DNA of 64,000 nucleotides from an uncultured Methanomicrobiales archaeon (GCA_963758915.1 CAVWXH010000003.1:64001-128000), one strand, 5' to 3'. Positions 20,680 through 31,089 are shown, counted from the stretch's first letter. Notes: generated from the sequence alone by a model not told the origin. Program-made: numbers and translations.

Positions 20680-21009
20680 TTAATAGTTTGTCACATGAAA
20701 TACCGTTGAAGAAGAAAGACCCGTGGTAGGAGTGTATGAAGGATTTGCACCACCGTTACCCGACATGGAAATGGGAAGGGTCGTAGCTGCTCCTTTTGGA
20801 GGGGAATATGTGAATGGAATAGTCTTTGGAGTAACCACGGCAGATGTAGGTGTATAATTCACCACAGGTATGGACTTGATAGCCTTCTGGGTGGGAAAAT
20901 AGTTGAGGCTTTTTCCTGCGGATGCGGCAGGGACGAATAATATTCCGATAAGTGCGATGACGGCAAGAATCGCAATATAATGATTCAGGGATTTATTGAC
21001 CTGTGTCAA
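20680..21009 (-). CDS. Small secreted Pro/Thr/Ser-rich hypothetical protein
   Basis: Signal peptide ending PAASA; low-complexity mature part; TTG start. Confidence 0.6.
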   Translation of the reverse strand: MTQVNKSLNHYIAILAVIALIGILFVPAASAGKSLNYFPTQKAIKSIPVVNYTPTSAVVTPKTIPFTYSPPKGAATTLPISMSGNGGANPSYTPTTGLSSSTVFHVTNY

Positions 21010-21159
21010 GGATAGTCCACAATTATCGATACCTGAGTCACTGTCAATAATAAATTGTTAGGATGTGTCGGGTTCAATGGTTTTTACTTGCGGATTATTT
21101 TCAAGCGGTTTCCGGATGGGTCAAAATAAAAAAAAATCATCCTTTTTTGAACTTTGTGA

Positions 21160-21318
21160 ATTAAGGATACACATGACAAGGCCAGGACCGAACAGGAGCA
21201 GACAATGATCAAGAGGCAGATTGCGGCGACGGATAAGGAGATCGATGAACTGGTGTATGAGCTTTATGGGCTCACGGTGGATGAGCGGAAAATCATTGAA
21301 CATTCTACTGGAATTTAA
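21160..21318 (+). pseudogene. C-terminal remnant of an Eco57I/type IIG-like restriction-modification enzyme
   Basis: KARTEQEQTMIKRQIAATDKEIDELVYELYGLTVDERKIIE*; in-frame stop at 21157 upstream. Confidence 0.7.
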
Positions 21319-21576
21319 ACGCAATTTCGCTTTTTAAGGCATAATTAGCCCCTTAATATAGAATACTAGTTTAGAAGGGGTTTCACTCATTACCGGAATG
21401 AAACGGAACCATGATTTTTTATCCCAAAATACCTTATATAATCCTTTTTTAAGGAAATAAAGGATAAATCAACCAAATATTAATTGGAAAAAGCCTACCT
21501 CATTACCTAAATAAACCACATGTTGCTATATGAGAAAAGGTATATTTTTAACTCCTCCCATCCTACCCTAGGACTA

Positions 21577-22434
21577 ATGGATGAGCCCGACCCTCTACCG
21601 GAGCCCGGTCCTGGTTTAACACCCGGACAACCAGATGAAGAAACGCCGGCTATGAATCCGGAAACTAATTCCCCGGCTACACCAGAGTTAGAACAAGTAT
21701 CTGGCCCTGATACTGTATCGGAACTTTCACCCGAAATTCTTCCCACCCAGGGCACTGAGCCGGCAGAGCCAACAACATCCGACGCAATACCACCCCGGAT
21801 TCCTGAAACAACCACCCCTGCTAAACCAGTTCCGGCACCTAACCTGGGAAAGTACGCGAAGTTTAAGAAGGTAGACGGCGCGACATACCACCGGGTCAAC
21901 GAATTCCTCCGGAAACGGACGTATATCACTGCCCGTGAATGGGCGCTTGCCAGGCTCTGTACAGATTTCAGGACGCGTGGCGGAGCAGAAATGACATTCA
22001 TCGGGCAACACCTGCCCGAACTTGTTCCCTTCATGCAGGAACCCTATAGCCCCCAGGCGGTCAACCAGGCGCGGAACTCCTTCAAAAAGAAGGTGAACAA
22101 GGCAGGTGCGACCTTTTTCTACGGTGCAATGTGCGGGTTCTTCACTCCCGACGAACTCGACGACATGCTGTTTGAGTCGGGCGAAGTTGCCCGGTTCCTC
22201 CTTGAAGTGGAGGGGACATCGCTTGACATCGATGAAGAGATCGATATTGAGGACCGGATCACGAGGGTCATGAGAGGGGTTGGAGAGGCAGCACGGATCA
22301 TGCTGGAAAAAAGGGCAGCTTCCGACCTGGCAGAGACCGGGGAAAGAGACCTGGTCGGGCCCCATACACATACAAAAACGCCCCCGGAAATTTCAGACCT
22401 GGAAGAAACTAATGAACGTTACCAGGACCAGTGA
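21577..22434 (+). CDS. DUF5806-like conserved archaeal protein
   Basis: Disordered P/E/T N-terminus then FKKVDGATY.RVNEFLRKRTYITAREWALARLC..MTFIG..LPELVPFM. Confidence 0.7.
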   Translation: MDEPDPLPEPGPGLTPGQPDEETPAMNPETNSPATPELEQVSGPDTVSELSPEILPTQGTEPAEPTTSDAIPPRIPETTTPAKPVPAPNLGKYAKFKKVDGATYHRVNEFLRKRTYITAREWALARLCTDFRTRGGAEMTFIGQHLPELVPFMQEPYSPQAVNQARNSFKKKVNKAGATFFYGAMCGFFTPDELDDMLFESGEVARFLLEVEGTSLDIDEEIDIEDRITRVMRGVGEAARIMLEKRAASDLAETGERDLVGPHTHTKTPPEISDLEETNERYQDQ

Positions 22435-22517
22435 AATGGAATGATTTTGCTATTTCCCCGGATTGTAGAGTGCAGGATTAACTATTTACCCTTAACGGAA
22501 AGCAGAAGATATTTTAC

Positions 22518-23774
22518 GTGTCGCGTTCCCTCTGGTATTATATGAAATACGGGGCTTTTTTTGCGGTAGCATTACTGATTTCGGGTGCCCTTCTGAGCGG
22601 GTGTATTGGATTACCGTCCGGAACCAAATCAAAAGACATCGTTATCGGGGTACTGGTTCCGCTCACCGGGGACTGGAGTTCAAAAGGACTGAACTTCAAT
22701 GCCGCAATTGCACTTGCGGCGGAGGACACCAATGCAAACCTCGCATCAACCGGGTCCGGGAAAAAGGTTCGCCTGCTTGTTGAAGACACGGGAACAGATC
22801 CCATTGTCGCATCTGAAAAGATAAAAAAATTACAGCAGGAAGGTGTACGAATGGTCGTCGGCCCCGCCTCAAGTGCAGAGATAGCCAGTGTCAAAGACTG
22901 GGCAGACCAGCACGGGGTCATAATTATCAGTTATGGGAGTACCTCCCCTGCCCTGTCTGTAGCCGGAGATAACGTTTTCCGGTTAGTACCGGATGATTCG
23001 AGACAGGGGGAGGCAATGGCGGGATACCTTGGCAGGGCAGGAGTCCGGGTAATTATTCCGGTTGCCAGGAATGATACGTGGGGTAAAGGCCTTTTAAACT
23101 CAACAAAAACCAAATTCGAGCAAAATGGCGGGGTTGTTACTGACAGTTACCTTTTTGAACCAGGTACCAGGGACTTTACTCCCATCCTGGTGAACCTGTC
23201 ACCACGGGTACTTGCAGCACAACAACTGTATGGTAATAAATCAGTCGGGGTGTACGCGATTGGATTTGATGAGATGGTGCCTCTTCTGTCCGGGGCTGCA
23301 GGTTATCCCCCTCTTGCCACCGTTCCATGGTTTGGGAGCGACGGGGCGGCAAAAACCGATGCCCTGACAAAGAACGCGTCCGCTGCTCATTTTGCAGAGA
23401 TTACCGGGTTTTATAGTCCTGTCTATGGGGAGGAAGAGGAGTCTGGAGGATTTCTCGATGTCAAACAACGGATCCGGGCAATGACCGGATCTGAACCCGA
23501 CCCATATTCCCTTGCGGCTTATGATGCAACGGCAATTGCAGCACGGTCCCTCCTGAATTCCGAAGATGCCTCGTATGAGCAACTGAAGAAAGCCGTTGAA
23601 CTAACGGCCGGTTATTATTACGGTGTAACCGGGTGGACAAAGTTTGTCGAATCTGGGGACCGGGCATATGCAGTCTATGGTTTCTGGACCATAAAGACCG
23701 GTAACGACACTCCCGGCTGGGTACAGGTTGCCCGTTTCCAGAGCAACCCGGGCCAGCCTGGCAGATTCACCTGA
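22518..23774 (+). CDS. Branched-chain amino acid-type ABC substrate-binding lipoprotein with no adjacent transporter genes
   Basis: LLSGC lipobox; IGVLVPLTG, EDTGTDP, STSPALS, FRLVPDD, AYDA. Confidence 0.85.
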   Translation: MSRSLWYYMKYGAFFAVALLISGALLSGCIGLPSGTKSKDIVIGVLVPLTGDWSSKGLNFNAAIALAAEDTNANLASTGSGKKVRLLVEDTGTDPIVASEKIKKLQQEGVRMVVGPASSAEIASVKDWADQHGVIIISYGSTSPALSVAGDNVFRLVPDDSRQGEAMAGYLGRAGVRVIIPVARNDTWGKGLLNSTKTKFEQNGGVVTDSYLFEPGTRDFTPILVNLSPRVLAAQQLYGNKSVGVYAIGFDEMVPLLSGAAGYPPLATVPWFGSDGAAKTDALTKNASAAHFAEITGFYSPVYGEEEESGGFLDVKQRIRAMTGSEPDPYSLAAYDATAIAARSLLNSEDASYEQLKKAVELTAGYYYGVTGWTKFVESGDRAYAVYGFWTIKTGNDTPGWVQVARFQSNPGQPGRFT

Positions 23775-24044
23775 TTTTTCCGGGCTTCCCAGTCATTTAA
23801 TAGGAAATCTACAATTGGAATAACCCTGTTAACTGGCAGAGAGGGGGTTTAATCCCTTTTTTCTCACCTATGGAGGAGTATCATCTCCTGGCAGGACCAT
23901 ATTGCCGGGGACGACTGATATCTCAACCTGCCGAACATATTTCCGTTAAAATGGAAATATACTATACGAAACAACAGGTGTAACGCATTACCAGGCGTTC
24001 CTAACCGGTACGTATACCGAAAACACCCCCCTGGAGTCATAATA

Positions 24045-25415
24045 ATGGCAGCAGAAAAATTACAAAAAAGATTATTCGGAACGAACGGTGTCAGGGGCAT
24101 CGTTGGTAAGGATATGACACCCGAGCTTGTGCTCTCGATCGGTCTTGCATTCGGATCAATGCGTAAAGGCCGTATTGCAGTCGGCAGGGACACACGGACC
24201 TCGGGGGAAGGTCTCGCAAATGCCGTAAAGGCCGGCCTGATGGCTGCCGGATGTAATGTTATCGACTGTGGCATGCTGCCGACGCCGGCCCTCCAGTACC
24301 TTGTGATGCACCACTTTGATGGCGGTGCGATGATTACGGCCTCGCACAACCCCCCGGAATACAACGGGGTTAAAATTATCGAACCCGATGGTACAGAAAT
24401 GGGCGACGAGCAGACGGTACTCCTCGAAGAGCGGATATTTTCCCGGAATTTTGATGTCAAATCATGGGAACATGTCGGATCCGGTACTGCTGCCACCCAG
24501 CTGGTCGATGAATATATCGACGCGATAATCCGGTCAGTGCCGGTGAATATCGGCAGGAAAATGTCAGTTGTGGTCGACCCGGGCTGCGGGGCCGCTTCTG
24601 TCACCACCCCAAAAATTCTGACAGGACTCGGTTGCCGGGTATATTCAATTAATGCCCAGATCGACGGGCATTTCCCCGGGCGTCTCCCGGAGCCTTCGCT
24701 TGACGGGCTTAAGGGGCTTGCAGACCTTGTCAGATCAACCGGATCGGCATTCGGGGTTGCCCACGACGGGGATGCAGACAGGGCCGTATTTGTCGATGAA
24801 AACGGTCGCTTCATAGAAGAGAACCAGGAATTTGCCCTTGTTGCGGATTATATCTGCAAAGAGCAGTGCGGGATTGTTGTAACGCCGGTGAGTTCTTCCC
24901 TGCTGGTGGAGACCATGGTAAAAAAACACGGGAGCTCCGTTGTTTATACCCCTGTCGGAAGCATTTATGTGGCAAGGACCATGAGGGACCTCCTTGAAAA
25001 GGGTGAAACAGTCGTATTTGGTGGAGAAGGGAACGGGGGCCTTATATTCCCCGGTCACCAGTTCTGCCGGGATGGTGGCATGACGGCCTCGATGATGGTG
25101 GCAATCCTTGCCCGTTCAGATCTCCCGTTATCAGGGCTCATTGATCAACTGCCAGTGTTCCACATGATAAAGGAAAAAATCCAGACTGCCCACCCGGAGC
25201 GTTTGATCGAACGTCTGGCAGATTCCTGCAAGGCGTACCATATTGACCGGACCGACGGGCTTCGGATCACAAAAGGCGACGCCTGGGCACTTGTCAGGCC
25301 ATCCGGCACAGAACCATTCGTCCGCATTTCCGTGGAATCGGCGTTAGATGACTCCGCAAGGCAGTTTTACCAAGAATTGATGGACTATATACGTCAGGTC
25401 ATAACATCAGAGTAA
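24045..25415 (+). CDS. glmM: Phosphoglucosamine/phosphomannomutase
   Basis: LFGTNGVRG, ITASHNP, DGDADR, GEGNGG, RPSGTEP. Confidence 0.92.
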   Translation: MAAEKLQKRLFGTNGVRGIVGKDMTPELVLSIGLAFGSMRKGRIAVGRDTRTSGEGLANAVKAGLMAAGCNVIDCGMLPTPALQYLVMHHFDGGAMITASHNPPEYNGVKIIEPDGTEMGDEQTVLLEERIFSRNFDVKSWEHVGSGTAATQLVDEYIDAIIRSVPVNIGRKMSVVVDPGCGAASVTTPKILTGLGCRVYSINAQIDGHFPGRLPEPSLDGLKGLADLVRSTGSAFGVAHDGDADRAVFVDENGRFIEENQEFALVADYICKEQCGIVVTPVSSSLLVETMVKKHGSSVVYTPVGSIYVARTMRDLLEKGETVVFGGEGNGGLIFPGHQFCRDGGMTASMMVAILARSDLPLSGLIDQLPVFHMIKEKIQTAHPERLIERLADSCKAYHIDRTDGLRITKGDAWALVRPSGTEPFVRISVESALDDSARQFYQELMDYIRQVITSE

Positions 25416-25453
25416 GTTTCTTCCGGATTTCTTTATAGATCCATGATTTTTTG

Positions 25454-25711
25454 GGATCCGCAGAAATTATACGCGTAAAAAAAATAACAGGACTGCTCGT
25501 GCCGGAGGGGGTTTCACCCTCTCCCTGTCCCACCCACATTAAAATATTCTTGGACAGGGTTTCTCGGTTTTTAAAAGTATTCCTGATATTCCAAGAGGTA
25601 AGCCTCTATCCCAACGTGGGCGCCATAATGGGTGAGGGAGCTCCCGGGAGCGTGACGAAATTTTTGAATTCCCAATCTGCAAGACAGATTTGAGAGCCTG
25701 CCAACAGAGCC
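25454..25711 (-). mobile_element. MITE copy, reverse orientation
   Basis: Reverse strand starts GGCTCTGTTGGC; contains CGTCACGCTCCCGGG and GGGTGAAACCCCCTCC blocks; other end degenerate (GGATCCGCAGAAA). Confidence 0.8.
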
Positions 25712-25968
25712 CTGAATCAGTAACATTCAGTTGGAGGATTTCTACCGGGCTGATTGTTGGTAGTATTCTGGTATGAAATCCAGTGTTTCATTATTGTAAC
25801 ATGGTTTCCCTGTACGGCACTAAAAAGAGAAAGTCTAATATGACATTTGTCCAATCTCAACCTGTCATAAGAAGGACCGCTGAATGCCTGACATTATGAG
25901 AATCAGTTGTTCCATATCCCATAATTCAATCCGGGATAACGGGAAGATTCTGACCTGAAGGAGAGAGA

Positions 25969-26244
25969 ATGCAGACTATTGAGATCCATGTCTCGGGAAA
26001 GGTCCAGAAAGTAGGATTCCGGAGTTGCGTAAAAAGAATTGCGCAGAAACTGAACATCCATGGCGAGGTGATGAACCTCCCTGACGGTTCAGTACGTATT
26101 ATTTCGACCGGTGAAAAAATTGTACTTGATAAGTTTGCCTCGATGATTTACGGGTGTCCACGTGCAGTTATCAGGGATATGAAGATGTTAGACAGGGAAT
26201 TTCAGGATTTTAATGAGTTTATGGTAGTAAAACCAAACACCTGA
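25969..26244 (+). CDS. acyP: Acylphosphatase
   Basis: VSGKVQKVGFR and VMNLPDGSV motifs. Confidence 0.88.
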   Translation: MQTIEIHVSGKVQKVGFRSCVKRIAQKLNIHGEVMNLPDGSVRIISTGEKIVLDKFASMIYGCPRAVIRDMKMLDREFQDFNEFMVVKPNT

Positions 26245-26697
26245 AGGTTAATAGCCCCGTTTTTTTGAGTGGGTCCTTTTTCTATGCCGTAATGTAATTT
26301 CCCCGAATCAACTGGATCATGCAGGTCCGATGGATTACCATACCTCTTCTGCATAATGAACAGGAATTCCACAATTCCTGTAAATATTGCACAATATTGC
26401 TGTATTCCTGATAATTATTGTTATTTTTTTTATACTATTCCCGGAGAGGAACATTAGTATAAACCTTATGTTGCTATATCAAAGCATTTATCGCCTGCCG
26501 CATCTATAGAATGGTCTTCCGATAAACAAGTGACCGATTTTCACATACCAGACCCGGCATATAATACATTCTCCGGATCCCCAATACCGTATTTGAGAGG
26601 TCCCGCCTATACGTTTAAAAACCGGTGAGAATGAAAAATTATCAGTGTATCACGTCAAAAAAAGAAAGAACTTGATCGGATAGTACCCGGAACAACA

Positions 26698-27624
26698 TCA
26701 CCACTCTATGAGGTAGTCAGTTTTTTGTTCAAGAGAGTTGCGGAGTGTTGCAACCTGGCGGTCAATAACATCCTGATCGATGGTCTGGTGAAATAGCCGG
26801 ATTAGTTCTTTCATGCAGGGGTCTGACATGATACACCGGGCAGGGCCACATTCGTAGTCCTGTTCATGGAGGTCCTCCCTGATGAACCTGATCGCTTCCC
26901 GGTCAATCATGTCCGCCTTAAAGGGTTCCATGATATCGTAGACAAGGGATGACTCGCCCCGGTTTAACATACCCGTATCAGGATCAAGACCAGCCCCTGT
27001 GACCGAAAACATCACATTCCCAAAGAGCATCGCATATCCAAATGCAATTATCGAATTCACCGGGTCATGGTAAGGCCTGTCTGTGCGCCGTCTGAAACCG
27101 AACTCAGGGGGAAGTACACGGGAAAGGACTTCGTAGTACATGTCAGTTGTCAGCCGCTCAATTCTTCGGATCTCACTGATTTTGATAAGGTATTCCAGTT
27201 CATCAAGCGCATTCGAGAAAATCTGCAATTCGCCTTCATAAAATAGCTCACGCCCCGCAATTTCACCAAGTCCCCCTATAAGGAGGGTTTTTGATTTCAT
27301 TGAGGCCCGTGCTATCGAAACCGCATACCGGTAATTGGGTGCATTCTTCTGGATTTCCAAAAATTTCGCTTCTTCATGGTTATTAAATGGACGTATTGTC
27401 CCGAGGGGTTTCCCATCCGCTTCAAAAAATGATATTCTGGCACCTTTTTTCACGAGGTTGGCAATAACAGGAGTATGCAGGGTATGGCCACCAATAATCA
27501 GCAGGTGGCGCACTGACTCAAGCGGGTATTCCTCGATAATTCCTTCTTTTTGCACGAATAGTGTGTTCCGTGTCGATTTGATATGGGCACCGAAACCAGC
27601 CACTATAAGCCAGGGGACATCCAC
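26698..27624 (-). CDS. cas1: Stand-alone Cas1 homologue (Cas1-solo), catalytic His replaced
   Basis: 308 aa; RRIERLTTDMYY, FRRRTDRPYHDPVNSIIAFGYAML, GLDP..GMLN, SLVYDIMEPFK; no cas2 or CRISPR array seen in the window. Confidence 0.88.
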   Translation of the reverse strand: MDVPWLIVAGFGAHIKSTRNTLFVQKEGIIEEYPLESVRHLLIIGGHTLHTPVIANLVKKGARISFFEADGKPLGTIRPFNNHEEAKFLEIQKNAPNYRYAVSIARASMKSKTLLIGGLGEIAGRELFYEGELQIFSNALDELEYLIKISEIRRIERLTTDMYYEVLSRVLPPEFGFRRRTDRPYHDPVNSIIAFGYAMLFGNVMFSVTGAGLDPDTGMLNRGESSLVYDIMEPFKADMIDREAIRFIREDLHEQDYECGPARCIMSDPCMKELIRLFHQTIDQDVIDRQVATLRNSLEQKTDYLIEW

Positions 27625-28034
27625 GTGATTCCTTTCCTAAAAAGCCAATATTTTGCCTCTATAGCTATTAACAGCGCGATACCAATAAATTAAGGCATCG
27701 TTTTTTTGCATTCCACGAGACCCGGGTCACCAGTGGTGGCAGGTCGAACCAACCAACCGGTGGTACTTCCTGGAATAAATGCTGTCAGGAGATCATATCT
27801 TTACACCCCTCACATGTCGAGAGACCCAAAAAACCAGGTGTCACGAGAGGGTCCATGTAACCATGCTATTCTTTGACAACCTTTTATACACGCCACGATA
27901 ATATTATTTTAAGATAGTAACCGAAATCAGGCAAGAATCTAGCAGGGAATTCGGGCTGGGTGAAGGAATGAATATCCGAACAACAACCGGGAGATTATGT
28001 GCAGCCAGATCGGTTCCGGGAGGAGAGGCCCGTC

Positions 28035-29324
28035 ATGTTCTGGGATAAAGGTAAAGAAACGCTGACGCCAGGTGATCTGGCGGAGCTTCAGCTGAAACGG
28101 CTGAAAAAAACATTGAAGAGCGCTGAGAATGTAGAATTTTACCGGAAACAATTCTCTGAAGCCGGGATCCGCACTTCCGACATCCGCACCCTCGAGGATG
28201 TAAGGAAACTGCCGTTTACAAAGAAACAGGACCTCCGGAGCGGGTACCCCTTTGGTTTTCTGGCAGTGCCGCTAAAACAGGTAGTCCGGATCCATACCAC
28301 CTCCGGGACAACCGGTAAACCTACGGTAGTAGCTTATACCCGGAATGACCTGGATGCCTGGGCGGAACTAATCGCACGAAACATGACCATGGTAGGGCTT
28401 GGTGAGGATGATGTATTCCAGAACATGGTCAATTACGGCATGTTTACCGGGGGTCTCGGGTTCCATTACGGGGCTGAGAAGATCGGGATGACCGTTATCC
28501 CAAGTGCAACAGGTAACACGACACGACAAATTGAGATGATCCAGGATTTCGGTGTCACGGCAATCCATTGTACACCCAGTTATGCCATGCACCTTGCGGA
28601 GGTTGCGGAAGAGCGGCATGCCGACCTACCTTCATTAAAGACCGGGATCTTTGGCGCCGAGCCATGGTCTGAATCGATGAGGACAGAACTGGAAGAAAAA
28701 CTCGGGGTGACCGCATTTGATTCATACGGCCTTTCGGAATTATTCGGGCCCGGGGTTGCCTTCGAATGCATGGAGCGGGATGGCCTTCACATATGGCATG
28801 ACTACTATCTTGTTGAAATTATCAACCCACAGACAGGCGAAGTACTGGGAGATGGAGAGCGGGGAGAACTCGTTGTAACACCCCTCTTAAAGGAAGCAAT
28901 GCCCATGGTCAGATACCGGACTGGTGACGTGACATTCAGGATGGAAGATGGCTGCCTGTGCGGGAGAATGCAGAAAATCGGCAGAATTACAGGCAGAAGT
29001 GATGATATGCTTGTGATCAGGGGGATCAATGTCTTCCCTTCACAGATTGAACACGTCCTCCTCTCGCTGCCCGAAGTCGGGAACCAGTTTATGGTATATA
29101 TCGACCGGGTGAACCATCTCGATGAGATGTCAATTGAAGTCGAGATGAACCGTGAGTATTTCCATGGCGAACTCCAGGACCTCGCCCGGATCCAGGCAAA
29201 GGTCGTAAAGGCCCTGCGGGACGTGCTAGAACTCCGGACATCGGTAAAGCTGGTCGAACCCGGGTCCCTCCCGCGGTTTGAAGGGAAAGCAAAACGGGTC
29301 ATCGATCGAAGGGGTGAGATGTAA
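28035..29324 (+). CDS. Phenylacetate-CoA ligase family protein 1
   Basis: LPFTKKQDLR, TTSGTTGKP, YGLSE, RYRTGD, GRSDDMLVIRGINVFPSQ. Confidence 0.92.
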   Translation: MFWDKGKETLTPGDLAELQLKRLKKTLKSAENVEFYRKQFSEAGIRTSDIRTLEDVRKLPFTKKQDLRSGYPFGFLAVPLKQVVRIHTTSGTTGKPTVVAYTRNDLDAWAELIARNMTMVGLGEDDVFQNMVNYGMFTGGLGFHYGAEKIGMTVIPSATGNTTRQIEMIQDFGVTAIHCTPSYAMHLAEVAEERHADLPSLKTGIFGAEPWSESMRTELEEKLGVTAFDSYGLSELFGPGVAFECMERDGLHIWHDYYLVEIINPQTGEVLGDGERGELVVTPLLKEAMPMVRYRTGDVTFRMEDGCLCGRMQKIGRITGRSDDMLVIRGINVFPSQIEHVLLSLPEVGNQFMVYIDRVNHLDEMSIEVEMNREYFHGELQDLARIQAKVVKALRDVLELRTSVKLVEPGSLPRFEGKAKRVIDRRGEM

Positions 29325-29331
29325 CGTGGTG

Positions 29332-30627
29332 ATGTGGGATCAGCAGATAGAAACAATGCCAACGGAAGATATCCGGAAACTGCAGTACCGCCTGCTGAAG
29401 ACACTGGTATACAAGTTATACAGCTTTTCACCGTTCTATCACGAGCGGATGAAACAGGTAAAAGTCCATCCTGATGACATTAACTCCCTAGCTGACGTGA
29501 AAAAACTCCCGTTCATGTACAAGGCTGATCTCCGTGATAATTACCCGGACCGGATTTTTACTGCCTCCCGGGAAGATCTTGTAAGGTATCATGTTTCATC
29601 GGGAACAACCGGAAAACCAACCGTGGTCGGGTACACCCGGTATGATCTCGATAACTGGACCAACTCACTTGCGCGGGGCCTTGTCTCGTGCGGGCTCGGA
29701 CGGGGCGATGTGATACAGGTCAGTTACGGGTATGGGTTGTTCACAGGGGGTCTTGGACTCCACTATGGCGCAGAGCGGATCGGTGCAACGGTACTCCCCA
29801 CGAGTGTCGGGAATACCGAACGCCAGATCGAACTTATGCAGGACCTGCACGCGACCGCAATCTGCTGTACGCCTTCGTACCTTCTCCATATGGGTGAAGT
29901 CGCCGAGAAAATGGGCGTAAGCATTAAAAACGATACAGACCTTACAACAGGTATCCTTGGTGCCGAACCATGGACCGACGTGATGCGGTCCCGGATACAG
30001 GAATGGCTCGGGATCAGGGCTTATGATATCTATGGTACCAGCGAGCTTTCCGGCCCCATGTTCGTTGAATGCACGGAGCAGAAAGGATTTCATGTCTGGT
30101 CCGACCTGGCACTCGTAGAGGTTCTTGATACGGATACCGGCGAGACACTGTCCCCGGGAGAGAGGGGTGAACTCGTGATTACGATGCTCCAGAAAGAGGC
30201 ACTCCCGATGATCAGGTTCCGGATAGGTGATGTATCTGTCCTTGAAGAAGATCCCTGCCCTTGCGGACGGACACATCCGCGTATCCGGCGCATACAGGGG
30301 AGGGTTGATGATATGCTGATTATAAGGGGGATTAACGTCTTCCCTTCCCAGGTGGAACATACCCTGATGTCGATCCCGGAAGTAGGGCAGCATTTCCAGA
30401 TCGTCGTCGACCGGCGGGGAGCTCTTGATGACATGCTCGTACGGGTTGAGATCTCGAAAGATGCATTCTCAGACAAAATCAACGACCTGATGCAGATCAG
30501 GTCAAAAGTGGAACATAAGCTCCGTAATGCGCTTAATGTTGGTGTAACGGTGGAGTTGGTCGAACCTGGCTCATTACCAAGGTTCGAAGGTAAGTCAAAA
30601 AAGGTTATTGACAGGAGGAATCTGTAA
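29332..30627 (+). CDS. Phenylacetate-CoA ligase family protein 2
   Basis: VSSGTTGKP, YGTSE, GRVDDMLIIRGINVFPSQ; tandem paralogue of the preceding gene. Confidence 0.92.
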   Translation: MWDQQIETMPTEDIRKLQYRLLKTLVYKLYSFSPFYHERMKQVKVHPDDINSLADVKKLPFMYKADLRDNYPDRIFTASREDLVRYHVSSGTTGKPTVVGYTRYDLDNWTNSLARGLVSCGLGRGDVIQVSYGYGLFTGGLGLHYGAERIGATVLPTSVGNTERQIELMQDLHATAICCTPSYLLHMGEVAEKMGVSIKNDTDLTTGILGAEPWTDVMRSRIQEWLGIRAYDIYGTSELSGPMFVECTEQKGFHVWSDLALVEVLDTDTGETLSPGERGELVITMLQKEALPMIRFRIGDVSVLEEDPCPCGRTHPRIRRIQGRVDDMLIIRGINVFPSQVEHTLMSIPEVGQHFQIVVDRRGALDDMLVRVEISKDAFSDKINDLMQIRSKVEHKLRNALNVGVTVELVEPGSLPRFEGKSKKVIDRRNL

Positions 30628-30629
30628 CC

Positions 30630-31064
30630 ATGGACGTAAAGAACTATATTATCCGGCAGATCTCGGTCTTTTCCGAGAATAAACCTGGAAGGCTGGCATC
30701 GATTGCAAAGGCATTCCAGGAGGAAAGAATCAACATCCTCGCGTTCTCTATCGCTGAGGCAGACGGGTTCGGGGTCGTGCGGGCACTGGTCAACCAGCCC
30801 GACAAGGCATTCAGAAAGCTCACATCTCTCGGCTATAACGTGGCGTTTACCGATGTGATCGCGGTAAAAATGAAGGACGAACCAGGGGGCCTTTTCGCGA
30901 TTGCAGAACTCCTCGGAGAGGCTGGGATCAACATGGAGTACGCATATGCATACAGCGGAAAAGAAGCAGCAGTACTGATCATCAGGGTTGACCATGTCGA
31001 TGAGGCAGTCAGCCGCATCCTCACCAAGGGTGGAACACTGCTGGAAGCGAAGGTCTTCAGCTGA
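30630..31064 (+). CDS. Double ACT-domain protein
   Basis: QISVFSENKPGRL, DEPGGL..GINMEYAY. Confidence 0.88.
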   Translation: MDVKNYIIRQISVFSENKPGRLASIAKAFQEERINILAFSIAEADGFGVVRALVNQPDKAFRKLTSLGYNVAFTDVIAVKMKDEPGGLFAIAELLGEAGINMEYAYAYSGKEAAVLIIRVDHVDEAVSRILTKGGTLLEAKVFS

Positions 31065-31089
31065 AATTATTACGGTAACAAGGCCCGGA

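Noticed and set aside
27800-27830. ORB-like motif (TACACCCCTC) suggesting a replication origin
   Set aside because: Only a partial G-string match, not repeated, and no orc1/cdc6 in the window.
25712-28034. CRISPR array, cas2 or casposon around cas1
   Set aside because: No regularly spaced direct repeats, PolB or terminal inverted repeats seen; the 91-aa ORF has acylphosphatase motifs, not Cas2 motifs.
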